A DNA stretch of 64,000 nt from Heterodontus francisci (GCF_036365525.1 NC_090404.1:6820001-6884000); one strand, 5' to 3'; numbered from the stretch's first letter, positions 1 through 13,469 are shown. Notes: generated by a model not told the origin, from the letters alone. Made by a program: numbers and translations.

Positions 1-454
1 ATGATTCCCTCCCGAATTTGCTTCTCCCTGCAACTCAATTAATAATTCGAATTAAATTTAATTTCTAAAATCAGTCATTTGGAATGATGTTCTTTAAATG
101 GTCCATTTAATTTTCCAAGGTATCTTCCCACCCCTCACCAGTGAGAACTGGTGTTGCTGACTGTGTCGTTACAGACACCTCTTCTTGCTGCTTGCACCGA
201 CCATAATGTGAACATCAGGACAGGTTTCTTCAATAAATATCTGATATTGATAAAACCTAAACATTACACAAATATCAATCGGTTCCAAGCAAGGAAGGAC
301 GAAAAATACTGAAGTGTAATTGCTGTCATGGTCAACTCTCACTTCTGGTTGTGTTGGTAATTCAAACACCTGACCCCTATTGGTCAGATATTGAAAGATC
401 GCTCACCAATATGTTGGAAAAGAAATTGTCGATGTTGTTGGCGCAAAAGTTGGA

Positions 455-1600
455 CATATGGGCTTTCAAATGGCATTAGATAACATACCACTTCAGAGAA
501 CATTCGGGCAATAGAAGCGCGTGGATTGAAAGCAGGTGGTAACCTGCTTTATAAAAAGCAGAGAGAGACGGTGAACCAATGCTTTTCTGACTGGAAAGAA
601 TTAAGCATTATGATCCCCCTTGGGTCGGTCGGAGGATCATTGCATTTTTTGTTCTGTACAATGACGTGGACTTGGTTAGGGGGAGTAGAATTTCGTAATT
701 AGAGGATGATACAAAACAAATAGTGAGCAGGATTGTAACAGAGTTCAGGAAGACATAAACACACTGGTGAAATGTTCAGGGACAGAACAGATGCAATGTA
801 ATGCGGATAAATGTAAAGTGCTGCACTGTTTGAGGAACAACATGGAAAGTTAATGTAACCTAAATGGTACTAATTTGATAGGGGTAAAATATTAAAGGGA
901 CCTGAGATGCATATTCACACAGTTATGAAGGTGGTGAAGAAAGCGAATGGAATACTTGGTCTTGTAAAATGGAATATAGAATACAAAAAACAATGTAGAC
1001 TTATGAAATCTTGACAAATCACTGAGTGGGATGGAATATTTTTGCACATTTCTAGCCACCACACTTCAAGAAGGATGTTGGGGAGAATGCAGAGGGGGTT
1101 TTCCAGGACGATATCAGAAATGATGGTGTTCAGTTATGTGGAGAGATAATACAAGCTGAATTGTTCTCCTTCGGTGGTTATCTAATAAGTGTATTTAAAA
1201 TTATGGGATGTTTTGATATAGCAGTTAAGGAGAAACTGTTTCCTCTGGCAAGTGGGTCAGTAACAAAATAAATAATTGGCTAAACAAAATGGAGTGTTGG
1301 CAGTGGGCAGGGTAGTGGCTGCAGAAGGAGGTTTCTTTCTGGACAGAGGGTGTTTTTCTTCGAACCATAGAATGGCTACAGAAGTAAAGGAGGCCATTCG
1401 ATCCGTCGTGTCCGTGCAGGCTCTCTGCAAGCTCATCTGGAGTGCACAAGGGAACCAGACATATCCTCGAAGGAGTCTAACTTGCATGGTTATGACGAAA
1501 AAGCTGGCTTGTAAGATTAAATTGGAGAGCTTTTTGAGAGTGAACACAGGCATGACGGGCTGAATGGTCACATTACATGTGAGAAGATTCTATGATTCTA
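455..1600 (+). mobile_element. Decayed CR1-type LINE, RT/3' fragment
   Basis: Recognisable but heavily mutated homology to the CR1 RT C-terminal region seen intact elsewhere in the window (e.g. 53494-56601); no long ORF. Confidence 0.7.
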
Positions 1601-2319
1601 CCTGATTCAGTAGAATTAGTTCTTCCCAATTTAATGGGAGGCAAGGCTTCATAAATTTGAAGTTCTCTGTGACATATATTTTACTGCTTGTTGCAATGAA
1701 AGAGGACTTTGAAAATAAGAGGATCTGAGGGATTTAATACAAATGAGTCAATCAGATATTGTCAGAGACATAAATCTTATTGTGCTTGACATTGATTGCA
1801 GGCTAACTGTATTGCTTCAAAAGTTTCACGGAAGCTAACATCAGCTGCTTTGTACCCTCTGCTGTCACCCAGTCCAGTAATGACATCTCACCAGAGTTTA
1901 TCACTGCCTGTTACCTTTTGAAAATACTTGAACGAAATACTGGTTTAAACAAGAGAGTATCATGATGGTTATTTGGAACTGGAGTCTCGACTGTCTCCAT
2001 TTAAATCGCCAAAAGAACTTCCAGCCTCCCATCAGATCAGAACAGGCGCTGCTCTCTGGAGCGTTACAGTCACTTCCTGAAACTGTTCTGAAAATGCGCT
2101 AAAAATCAGGCTAATCTCATTCAATAATTATCAGGCACTTAACATATTGAAAAATTATTAATTCATTAAAATTTGGATTTGAATGAATATTAGAATCAAT
2201 TACTGTGCGTTGTTTCATCTGGGCAATGGAACAATTTATTTTCATATATCTGGGTCGAGAACTCACAGCTTATTAATAAGATGCTGATTCAGATTCCTGG
2301 AACACTTTGGGGAAAACAT

Positions 2320-2645
2320 TCTCAGGTCAGGTACAGGGCAGTTAAGCTGTAAATATCCCTCTATAAGGCCCTATCATGAGCTGTAAGGTCAGACATCGCA
2401 AGTGCTTTATTCCGTGGAAAGCCACCTCCATACTGCACTGTCACTCTGGGTTAGGTACAGGACAGGTTTAATATAAAATAAAGTTTCCTCTACACTATCT
2501 CATCAAATATATTCAGGGCAGGTTCAGCCCGGTTTGGATACAGAATAATTTCTCCATCTACACTGTCCCCATCAAACAGTCCCAGGACAGCTACAACATG
2601 GATTAAATATACAGTAATTCTTCCTCTACATTGCCGGATCAAACT
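2320..2645 (-). repeat. Degenerate ~65-bp tandem repeat (same family as 50930-51122 and 60620-60762)
   Basis: Repeated ctctacactgtcccatcaaaca..cccagg..aggtacag units, the reverse complement of the arrays at 50.9 kb and 60.6 kb. Confidence 0.7.
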
Positions 2646-3537
2646 CACGCATTATTGATTACCAACTGACCAAATGCCCTTCCACAGTCTGTCTGTTGTG
2701 TCTCTGAACGGTTATTACTGATTGTCACAGACTGGAATACTGATCTCATTGCTGAGGCGCCTCGTCAAACTTAAAGTCAGAATTTCAGGTTTCTGACAGG
2801 TTCAAGTTTCTTAAATAAATGGATCAAGTTGCATTCCTTAAAATGCAAGAGAAGGAACCAGACTGTTTACAACCTGGAGGGACACAGTGTGCAGGCACAC
2901 AGAAACAGGACTGGCATAAACGGTGCAAGAATCGGGCTCTCAGCAGACAGATCTGTCCAATCTGTCAATTTCAATTCGGTTGTTTGAGTCTAATTTATCA
3001 ATGATCAAATTGTGATCAGTCCAAGTCTGTAAATTCTTTGAGATTAAACTGATATGCATTTCAAAAGCTCCCTTCAACCTTTAACTGTTTCATGCTGTCT
3101 GTTTGCAATCTTGAAAATATGTAAGAGAAAGTTTCCCTTCAAATGAGTGCATCAAAACAAATCACTTTGAGGGAAATTTGATGTCAGTAACAGGAACTCT
3201 GTGACAGAGTAAGAATTTAGAAAATCAGGAGACGTTTAACTTGCAAACGGATTGCCCACATGTATGATACAATTGTATTGTTCTCTAAATTACTTTTAGA
3301 TGTAATTCACAATTCTCTCCTTGAGATTTTGCATTCATTGGAATCCTGGCAATTATGCTACTCAATTGTGGAAGGACATTTATATTTAATGAATGAGCAC
3401 TATTATATTCTTGGTTAATTTTCATGTTAGCTGATTTAATACTGAGTTTTTAAACATTAGTTAATATTAATTCAAGACCAGTTTCTGCCTGGTACCTTGT
3501 GAAATATTGGGGTTTAAATTAAATTGTGACACTTAAT

Positions 3538-4642
3538 CTGAAGAAGGAATTTTCCTCCACACAAGATCAGGGGGCAGGTTGTTCAACCTTGCCCGTCTAA
3601 GAGCGAAGTCCAAAGTACGGAAAGTCCTCATCAGAGAACTCCTCTTTGCTGACGATGCTGCTTTAACATCTCACACTGAAGAGTGCCTGCAGAGTCTCAT
3701 CGACAGGTTTGCGTCTGCCTGCAATGAATTTGGCCTAACCATCAGCCTCAAGAAAATGAACATCATGGGGCAGGATGTCAGAAATGCTCCATCCATCAAT
3801 ATTGGCGACCACGCTCTGGAAGTGGTTCAAGAGTTCACCTACCTAGGCTCAACTATCACCAATAACCTGTCTCTAGACGCAGAAATCAACAAGCACATGG
3901 GTAAGGCTTCCACTGCGATGTCCAGACTGGCCAAGAGAGTGTGGGAAAATGGCGCACTGACACGGAACACAAAAGTCCGAGTGTATCAGGCCTGTGTCCT
4001 CAGTACCTTGCTCTACGGCAGCGAGGCTTGGACAACTTATGCCAGCCAAGAGCGACGTCTCAATTCATTCCATCTTCGCTGCCTTCGGAGAATCCTTGGC
4101 ATCAGGTGGCAGGACTATATCTCCAACACAGAAGTCCTTGAAGCGGCCAACACCCCCAGCTTATACACACTACTGAGTCAACGGCGCTTGAGATGGCTTG
4201 GCCATGTGAGCCGCATGGAAGATGGCAGGATCCCCAAAGACACATTGTACAGCGAGCTCGCCACTGGTATCAGACCCACCGGCCGTCCATGTCTCCGCTA
4301 TAAAGACGTCTGCAAACGCGACATGAAATCGTGTGACATTGATCACAAGTCGTAGGAGTCAGTTGCCAGCATTCGCCAGAGCTGGCGGGCAGCCATAAAG
4401 ACAGGGCTAAATTGTGGCGAGTCGAAGAGACTTAGTAGTTGGCAGGAAAAAAGACAGAGGCGCAAGGGGAGAGCCAACTGTGCAACAGCCCCGACAAACA
4501 AATTTCTCTGCAGCACCTGTGGAAGAGCCTGGCACTCTAGAATTGGCCTTTATAGCCACTCCAGGCGCTGCTTCACAAACGACTGACCACCTCCAGGCGC
4601 GTATCCATTGTCTCTCGAGATAAGGAGGCCCAAAAGAAAGAA
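3538..4642 (+). mobile_element. 5'-truncated RTE-clade LINE (RT C-terminal half plus C-terminal Cys/His motif)
   Basis: ORF 3579-4355 with LLFADDAAL RT motif, FTYLGS and RRLRWLGHV motifs typical of RTE elements. In-frame TAG at 4353-4355, after which the frame continues to CSTCGRAWHSRIGLYSH; A-rich tail. Confidence 0.9.
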
Positions 4643-5467
4643 TCAATAGTAAATAATAAACTTCATATTAATAGATGAAACCATTCAGACAAATATATTA
4701 CTTTTACTTAAATCGAATCATAGTTCAATAATTTAAAATGAACAATAATTGTTAGTCCCGCCCTGCTTTCTATCTACAACCTTGTAACTGCGCACGTATC
4801 TGAATGTGTTGGTATATCACAAACTCCATCAACTCTCAGCGACTATTTCCCACCATGGATTTAAGAGTGGAATATTATAAATAGTTTGAAGCATGGCCAG
4901 GGTCACATCTCACTAACTGTCCATGGGCTGTAACATCACCTGTTTGTGAAAGCAGGACAATCGTATTTAAATCTTGTCATAAATCTTAACGATATAAAAA
5001 AAATCAAAAACATCCGAGCTGTTTGCGATCAGTGACGGTGCTGCCACTATTTAATCACACGATGTTTTTATATTTTACTCCCGTGGTTCACACAATACCT
5101 GCACATTAATTGTTAAATATTTTGGGCTTTTTTATTGAAAGAAGCTCCAACATGATCTCTGTAAAATTGGACGAAAACAATGCTTCAGATCATCTGCGAC
5201 ATTTGAAACGAAATGATCAAATGTGGCCGAGATTTTGTTGATCAATTTAATATTTAATAACAATTAAGCATAACTCTCATGTATACCACTGTATTTTCTG
5301 TCCTGTGTGCCGTACAGCTGTAACGGACAATATTCTGTTATTGAATTCAAAACTAACATTAACCTTGTGTAATTAATTGAAGCTGCTTGAATTTCAATTT
5401 GTTATTTGTTTGGCTCGAGCCTGATGCTGTCTGCACGTTTCTTCAATTTAAATAAAATCATATGAAC

Positions 5468-8400
5468 AATTCTTTGACTGCCAGCGAATTCTGGGCGGGA
5501 GGTTTGCTAGAGCTCTTCGGGAGGGTTTAAACTAGTTTGGCAGGGGGATGGGAACCGGAGCCACGGATCAGTGGATGGGTGAGCTGTTGAACAGGCAGAT
5601 ACAGAGTGCAGAGAGTCTGTAAGGAAGGTTAGACAATTGACACGACAAAGTTGCAACCAGTATGATGGGTTGAAGTGTTTCTATTTTAACGCAAGAAGTG
5701 TCAGGAATAAGGGTGATGAACTTAGAGCATGGATCAGTACTTGGAGCTACGATGTTGTGTCCATTACGGAGACGTGGATATCACAGGGGCAGGAAAGGAT
5801 GTTGGATGCTCTGGGGTTTAGATGTTTCAAAAGGAAAAAGGAGGGACGTAAAAGAGGTGGGGGAGTGGCATTGCAAATCAGGGATAGTATCACAGATGCG
5901 GAAAGGGAGGTCGTCGAGGAGGGTTTGTCTACTGAGTCATTATGGGTGGAAGTCAGAAACAGGAAAGGAGCAGTCACTTTGTTGGGAGTTTTCTATAGAC
6001 CCCCCAATAGCAACAGAGACACGGGGAACAGATTGGGAGGCAGATTTTGGAAAGGTGCAGAAGTAACAGGGTTGTTGGCATGGGTGACTTCAACTTCCCT
6101 AATATTGATTGGAACCTCCTTAGTGCAAATAGTTTGGATGGAGCAGTTAATGTCAAGTGTGTCCAGGAAGGTTTCCTGACTCAATATGTAGATAGGCCGA
6201 CTAGAGGGGAGGCTATGTTGGACTTGGTGCTTGGCAACGAACCAGGCCAGGTGGCAGATCTCTCGGTGGGAGAGCATTTCGGTGATAATGTTCACAACTC
6301 CCTGACCTTTACTATAGTCATGGAGAGGGACAGGAGCAGACGGGATGGGAAAATATTTAATTGGGGGAGGGGGAATTACAATGCTATTAGGCAGGAACTG
6401 GGGAGCATGAATTGGGAACAGATGTTCTCAGGGAAATGCACGACAGAAATGTGGAGGTTGTTTAGGGAGCACTTGTTGCGATTGTTGAATAGGTTTTCCC
6501 CGATGAGGCAGGGAAGGGATGGTAGGGTGAAGGAACCTTGGATGACAAGAGATGTGGAACAGCTAGTCAAGAGGAAGAAGGAAGCTTACTTAAGGTTGAG
6601 GAAGCAAGGATCAGACAGGGCTCTAGAGGGTTACAAGGTAGCCAGGAAGGAACTGAAGAATGGACTTAGGAGAGCTAGAAGGGAGCATGAAAAAGTCTTG
6701 GCGGGTAGGATTAAGGAAAATCCCAAAGCGTTCTACACTTATGTGAGGAACAAGAGGATGGCCAGAGTGAGGGTAGGGCCGATCAGGGATACTGGAGGGA
6801 ACTTGTGCCTGGAGTCGGAAAAGGTAGGGGAGGTCCTAAATGAATACTTTGTTTCAGTATTCACTAGTGAGAGGGACCTGGTCGTTTGTAAGGACAGCGT
6901 GAAACAGGCAGATATGCTCGAACAGGTTGATGTTAAGAGGGAGGATGTGCTGGAAATTTTGAATGATATGAGGACAGATAGGTCCCCGGGGCCAGACGGG
7001 ATATACCCAAGGATATTACGGGAAACGAGGGAAGAGATTGCCGCGCCTTTGGCGATGATCTTTGCGTCCTCACTGTCCACTGGAGTAGTACCTGATGTTT
7101 AGAGGGTGGCAAATATTATTCCCTTGTTCAAGAAAGGGAATAGGGATAACCCTGGGAATTGTAGACCAGTCAGTCTCACGTCGGTAGTGGGCAAATTATT
7201 GGAGAGGATTCTGAGAGACAGAATTTATGATTATTTGGAAAAGCATGGTTTGATTAGAGACAGTCAGCATGGCTTTGTGAGGGGCAGGTCATGCCTCACA
7301 AGCCTTATTGAATTCTTTGAAGATGTGACAAAACACATTGATGAAGGAAGAGCAGTGGATGTGGTGTATATGGATTTTAGCAAGGCGTTTGATAAGGTTC
7401 CCCATGGTAGGATCATTCAGAAAGTAAGGAGGCATGGGATACCGGGAAAGTTGGCTGTCTGGAATCAATATTGGTGGTGGTAGATGGAAAGTATTCAGCA
7501 TGGAGCTCGGTGACCAATCGTGTTCCACAAGGATCTGTTCTTCGTGATTTTTATAAATGACTTGGATGAGGAAGTGGAAGGCTGGGCTAGCAAGTTTGTC
7601 GATGACACGAAGGTTGCTGGAGTTGAGGATAGTGTGGAAGGCTGTTGTAGGTTGCAACGGGACATTGACAGGATGCAGAGCTGGGCTGAGAAGTGGCAGA
7701 TGGAGTTCAACCTGGAAAAGTGTGAAGTGATTCATTTTGGAAGGTCGAATTTGAATGCAGAATACAGGCTTAAAGACAGGATTCTTGGTAGTGTGGAGGA
7801 ACAGAGGGATCTTGGGGTCCATGTCCATAGATCGCTCAAAGTTGCCACCCAAGTTGATAGGGTTGTTAAGAAGCCGTATAGTGTGTTGGCTTTCATTAAC
7901 AGGGGGATTGAGTTTAAGAGCCGCGAGGTTATGCCGCACCTCTATAAGACCCTGGTTCGACCACACTTGGAATATTGTGTTCAGTTCTAGTCGCCTCATT
8001 CTTGGAAGGATGTGGAAGCTTTCGAGAGGGTGCAGAGGAGATTTGCCAGGATGCTGCCTGGAATGGAGGGCATGTCTTACGAAGAAAGATTGAGGGAGCT
8101 AGGGCTTTTCTCTTTGGAGCGAAGAAGGATGAGAGGTGACTTGATAGAGGGGTACAAGATGATGAGTGGCATAGATAGAGTGGATAGCCAAAAACTTTCT
8201 CCCAGTGCGGAAAGGGCTATCACCAGGGGGCATAATTTTAATGTGATTGGAGGAAGGTTTCGGGGAGATATCAGAGGTAGGTTCTTTACACAGTGAGTGG
8301 TGGGTGCGTGGAATGCACTGCCAGCAGTGGTAGTAGAAGTTGATGCATTAGGGACATTTAAGCGACTCTTGCATAGGTACATGGATGATAGTAGAATGAA

Positions 8401-8501
8401 GGGTATATAGGTAGTTTGATCTTAGAGTTTGTTAAAGGCTCGGCACAACATCGTGGGCCGAAGGGCCTGCACTGTGCTGCACTGTTCTATGTTCTATGTT
8501 C
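5468..8501 (+). mobile_element. CR1 LINE, end of ORF1 plus disrupted ORF2 (APE endonuclease and RT)
   Basis: ORFs 5637-6179 (FNARS, TETW, GGGVAL, FYRPP), 6047-7102 (GDFNFP, LDLVL, SPGPDG), 7106-7483, 7520-7990, 8012-8296; 3' tail gttctatgttctatgtt. Confidence 0.95.
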
Positions 8502-10133
8502 TTGTCTCAGGAAAATGGTTCATATTAGATTAGTGATAATTATCTCGCTAACCAACAACAAATGACATTTAAGGAAGAACATGGTTTGGGCTGCACGCAA
8601 AGAATGTAATAACCGGACAGATATATTGCATTGACAAACTGCAATTTACAACTCCTATTTAAGTTATAAGTAAATACAAGCTGTCGTTCATCTGTTTAAT
8701 CTGGAATATAACAATTAATTCAAAAGCGCTCATCAAACTGAACACAGCACTGGAATAAGTACACTCTTATTGAAATAACTTCTAGCATAATTAAAAATTG
8801 TCTCCAGCCCATAAAATGTTCTGGTCACGATAATTGTGCGAGTGGCACACCAGAATTGTAAAAGTCGATTAATGAATAATGCATCGATGTTAATATTAAA
8901 GCATATTTCGTTTATATGTGGAGATATTGTCGCATTATAATTGTTTGAATTGCATTAAATTCACTCTCCAATCTGCAAACTTACTGCTTTTGCAGGTTAT
9001 AATTGCAGTAACATTTCACGTACTGAAAGAGCGTCACAAACCATGGTTTAATAGACAAATCTGCAATTAAAGTTATAAAATGCCTTGAAATATTTTAAAG
9101 CATTTTTTTTTCATTTCTGAAACCTGGCAGTTTTCCTGCTACAATCGTCTTCCGTTTCAAACACGTAGAAAGTCTCCATTCGATTAGATAACCTGCAGCT
9201 GCTCGATGTCACAAAGCAGAAACGCCAGCTTCACAAATTTTACTTTGCAGCACAGCCACACACTCTCCTCAGCAGGTAAACCCCAACTCACATCACTGAG
9301 GGACTTAATCCCGCCTCAGTACTTTTCATGGAGAAGCAGCTTAATTCCGCAAACACTTTCATCAGAATCAAATGTAACATTGCAAAAAAAAATCTCAATG
9401 CAGAATCCGCCGAGTCCGCCTGTTTCTGAATTACTACATATATAAAACAATGGCAGCAGAATTGCTGATACAGAGAACATGTTTCATAAATTAATATTGA
9501 TACTATAGCATTTTAATTGATATTGGCTCATATCACTGCATTATAAGTGAGGTTATATTCATGGAAATCTGAATAAAGCAGCAAACTTGTTATTTATGTC
9601 GTACTTAATTACATCAAAAATGTACTGCATTACGTATGAGTATTCGTGAGCAGTAGATTGATAGATGAAAATTTTTTAATTACCGCAAACAGAAATAGAT
9701 CAAAATATAGTCAGGCGATTTTGACCTCTGAAAGTTTCTGCCTATAAACTTATTTCAAACATATTTAAAACTTATTGTTTGTGTTAGTTCAGAAAATCTG
9801 CAGCAGTTCGATGTCGTCGAGATTAAACATTGTCGGTACGTCAAAAAGTTTAACAGCAATTAGATATTTAACGTCGCCCAGACACACAATCACATCAGCA
9901 AACAAACACCAAATCACATCAATCAGGAGCTGAAACCCTCAAGAGCACCGATTGTGGAGAAACCATTAAAATCTTTCATCCCTTTGCAGCAGAATCACAT
10001 AACAAATTGCAACAAATCTCAATACAGAATCCACCGAATCCACATTTCAGTGAACCAATGCATCATTAAAATAAACAGGAATATAAAATAAAACACAAAC
10101 AAAACAGTTACTGAATGAGAGCTTGCTCCTTAA

Positions 10134-10181
10134 CTGCAGTCACCGTCACCATGGTCCCTTGTCCCCAGTAGTCCATGGCGT
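10134..10181 (-). pseudogene. IGHJ: IgH J segment (AMDYWGQGTMVTVTA) with mutated splice donor
   Basis: Minus strand reads AC GCC ATG GAC TAC TGG GGA CAA GGG ACC ATG GTG ACG GTG ACT GCA G, with the WGQG motif. It is followed by TTAAG where a phase-1 GTAAG donor is expected. Confidence 0.92.
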
Positions 10182-10220
10182 CACAGTGTTACATTCCCTG
10201 GGCTGGGTCACACATTAACA
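10182..10220 (-). other. 23-bp-spacer RSS 5' of JH
   Basis: Heptamer cacagtg 10182-10188, 23-nt spacer, nonamer-like acattaaca 10212-10220. Confidence 0.85.
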
Positions 10221-10546
10221 GGCTGTGCACAGAATAGAGAGAAATCCATCATTATTTTAAACATCCACACACCAGAGGCAAAATAAAATCATGATGGTTC
10301 TTCGTAAAATTGTAACTGCGCGAATGATTCTTTTCACTGTTGATACATTATCCTGATGTTTTATATTTCACTCAGTAACATATCAGCAATTATTGAAATC
10401 ACCAACTCATGAATGAATAATTAATCAGTTGATCCATGATAAACCGTGCTAGGAGAACAGTGCTGGACACAAATAGTACTTCACTGTGTACACATTTGGA
10501 TTGCGAAAACGAGCACTGACCCAGACTCTTAAATTAGTGCTGAGGG

Positions 10547-10574
10547 AGTTTTTGAATTGACAGTAACTGATGTG
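10547..10574 (-). other. 12-bp-spacer RSS directly 3' of the VH/D fusion
   Basis: Minus strand CACATCA + GTTACTGTCAAT (12 nt) + TCAAAAACT. Confidence 0.8.
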
Positions 10575-11056
10575 CCACCTGCCCTGCACAGTAATAGATG
10601 GCGGTGTCTTCAGTATTCAGGTTCTTCATGTCCAAAGCGAAGATATTATGTGAAGTGTCTTTGGACGCAGTAAATCAATCTTTAATCTCTGGGGCGTCGT
10701 TGTTGTCAGATGAACTATCGTAGTGAACCAACCACTCCAGCTCCTGCCCGGGAACCTGTCGGACCCAATGCATCCGATAGTTGCCATGATTGAATCCGCT
10801 GGTTTTACATGTCAGTCTCAGGGAGCCTCCGGGTCTCCTGGTCTCTGCATCTGGCTGAGTCAACACGATATCCGAATGGACACCTGTAAAAAATATCAAA
10901 AACCCTGAGGATTAATCCTGGTGAAATGAATCCTGACTCTGTAACATTCCAGAGAAAGACAAACACTGAGACAGTAACAGTGAGAGAATCAGACAATAAA
11001 AACTACTCACGGGATAAGAAAACCAGCAACAGACTGAGAGAAATCGCCGACCTCAT
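10575..11056 (-). pseudogene. IGHV: IgM-type VH pseudogene (leader exon 11056-11011, intron, V exon from 10883) joined to a short D remnant
   Basis: Leader MRSAISLSLLLVFLS with GTGAGT donor and TTTACAG acceptor. V reads [100 protein letters not shown], with TGA at 10677-10675 where R (CGA) is expected. Then CAGGTGG and a 12-RSS. Confidence 0.93.
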
Positions 11057-11147
11057 CCTTCTGGCAATTCGGGGAAAATGGTTCTGGTAAGAACTCACTG
11101 AGCAAACCGACTCCCGGACTGTTGTATTGCGGTCACAGTGACCGTCC

Positions 11148-11270
11148 TTTAAATACCCAGCAGAAGGGGGCGAGGTTCCAGGCGCCGCCTATCGATTCCC
11201 TGATAGAGGCGGTTACTGGATCCTCATCCCATCTTCCACATCACTAAAGTAATGGACTCACATCATTACA
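11148..11270 (-). promoter_or_regulatory. Putative VH promoter (TATA-like TATTTAAA and two AGTGATGT-like decamer boxes)
   Basis: TATTTAAA at 11155-11148, about 92 nt upstream of the ATG; AGTGATGTGG (~11236-11245) and AATGATGTGA (~11258-11267) on the minus strand; no perfect octamer seen. Confidence 0.45.
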
Positions 11271-13469
11271 CTGGGATATTATTAAATGTGAACGTTTTAT
11301 CTCTATCTTGGGATAGGTATTTGGATGTCTGGTTTGAATGCAAACTGTTACACGGTACTAAATGGTAATATTGCAGTTGAGAATGTGTTCAGTAACAAAT
11401 AATTGCATTGTGGACTGTGAATTAAACCCCTTTATTTCGGCAAAACTACACTAAGGATGTCAAAGCCTAAGATTAAATCATATTATCTGGGTCTGAAGCG
11501 ACTGCTCGTTGCTCTGTCTCTTGCTATCCAACCCTATAGCAATAAAGTATCCCCGATAATGTTTTTTAAAAATCATTTTATGCAATAAAATGCGGGATAT
11601 TAGAAAAGTGATTCTATTTGCAGCGTGAATGACTGTAGTTACCCTACTGAGGACCAGAGTGAATAGAAACACTTCACGTTACACAAGTCTTTCTCTCTCT
11701 CTCTCTCTCTCTGTATATTTCTCGAATTGTTCTTGATTCTATGACCCTAAGCGAGCCATTTGAAAATTACCTGCACAATAAGTTGACTTGCCTGATAATG
11801 AAGGAGTGACATGTAAAATTCAGATCAGCTTTTGAAAAACAGAAGCTCGTGAATCAGAACTGATATGGCGATCAGCAAATTTGTCCCCCTGCATGCTAAT
11901 TATTGCAGATAACTGTAATAGCGACAGACTGTGCAACATACTTTGGTGTTAGAAACGCAGCTATCAAGACTTGACGCCATGCTACATGGAAACGGATCAC
12001 AAACTGAGGATTTCTCGATCCATCGGTAGCCTGGCTATGAGAAGGCTAGTTTAACAATCGAAATCATCAAAAATTAAACTGTATGGTACGCAGCTGTTAT
12101 CAGTAATAAAGGAGTCATTAGTTTGAATGTAATTCACACCTCTGTGAGGAAACTCAAGGAAATGCTGCGGGTTCAAGGCAATTCCACCTATTTATTTATT
12201 ATGCTATTCCCACTTATATCAATATGATGTGGGTATGGACTTATTAAAATCTCACTCTAGGACATCATGCAGTAGGAACTAAATGGACTAAATTATCTTG
12301 AATCATATTTGATTGACATTTGGGTCAATTTATTATTTTGAGCTCCCATTATGTCATGACTTGAGCACTGAATTTACCTAAGGTCATTCTTTAGATGTGA
12401 TATCACGTAAAATGCAATTTTTAAAGAGCGCTGCTGATTAACTTAATGTTTAAATGTTTAAATCCAATTTTTGTCCATTCTATTCACGCTAATCTGCCCC
12501 ACACAGTATTTGGCAGCAAACCAGCTAAATGCTGTCAGGGAGCCTCGAATACCCAATATTATTTACAGGAAGCATCTGGGTGTTCTGTGCAGTAAATCAA
12601 AGATCTGTTTCCTCTTTACTGACCGCTTTGCTGCAAGCCAACTTCAAACTCTTAACATTGTGAATGAGGCCCATTCATAAACAAATCTACCCAGCAACAA
12701 TACTGGATTCAAATTTATTTTTTTCAGTTGTTAAACTCTGTGAACTGTTCCCATCTCTCAGGAAATGAAATACATTCAAACTCTAGACACACTTTTCGGA
12801 GCAACAGTCCACTGGAGAATCTGTCAGCACATCATAACATTGCAACAGAAATACAGACAGCCAAACATATATACAGACAGAGAGGGGATTAGAGAGAGGA
12901 TGACTTCTGAAAGAGATAAATATGCTGACTTGCATGGACAGAGGGACAGATGCAGCGATGCTGAAATGAATGGATAGCTGGAGGTATGAATGTTTTGTAT
13001 AAAGGACCGATGAACGGATTGATTGATGGATGTATGGATTGATAGATGTGAGAATGAATGGATGGATGGGCCTGAAAGATACTGTTTTACAGTCTCGTCT
13101 TTCTGATTGACTATTCCTAAGCTAAACCCGCCATTTGTATCAGTCTGACGCCTTCAGTCCTTCCTGATTTTCTGGATCATTTTAATTCCTAGGTTATCCG
13201 AAGTTAACGAGCTGAATTCACAAAGAGAAACCTGAGATATCCCTGTGGTACTGATATTCCTTCTCTGCTGATGGCGAATTTTCGTCTCAAAGGGAGAATA
13301 TGACTGGGTTGAGAAAGGACGATTGTAATATTTCTGAACATGTGGTCCTTTCACGCCCAACAAATCACTCACCCGAATTACTTCAATCGCATCAGACATG
13401 TCGCAAACGAGTAGATACATTTTTTCACTTCCCTACAGGAATTATTTTTTATTTATCTGGAGATGCAGC

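Noticed and set aside
110-370. Possible Ig constant or secretory exon near the window start
   Set aside because: No C1-set Cys/Trp pattern in the frames examined; cannot be supported.
1965-2005. FGTG J-like motif (ttatttggaactggagtc)
   Set aside because: No credible RSS upstream and no splice donor downstream.
10482-10488. cactgtg between VH and JH as an extra D RSS
   Set aside because: No nonamer at 12 or 22/23 nt on either side.
12495-12545. TQY/FGS J-like string
   Set aside because: The frame is broken, with no FGxG, RSS or donor.
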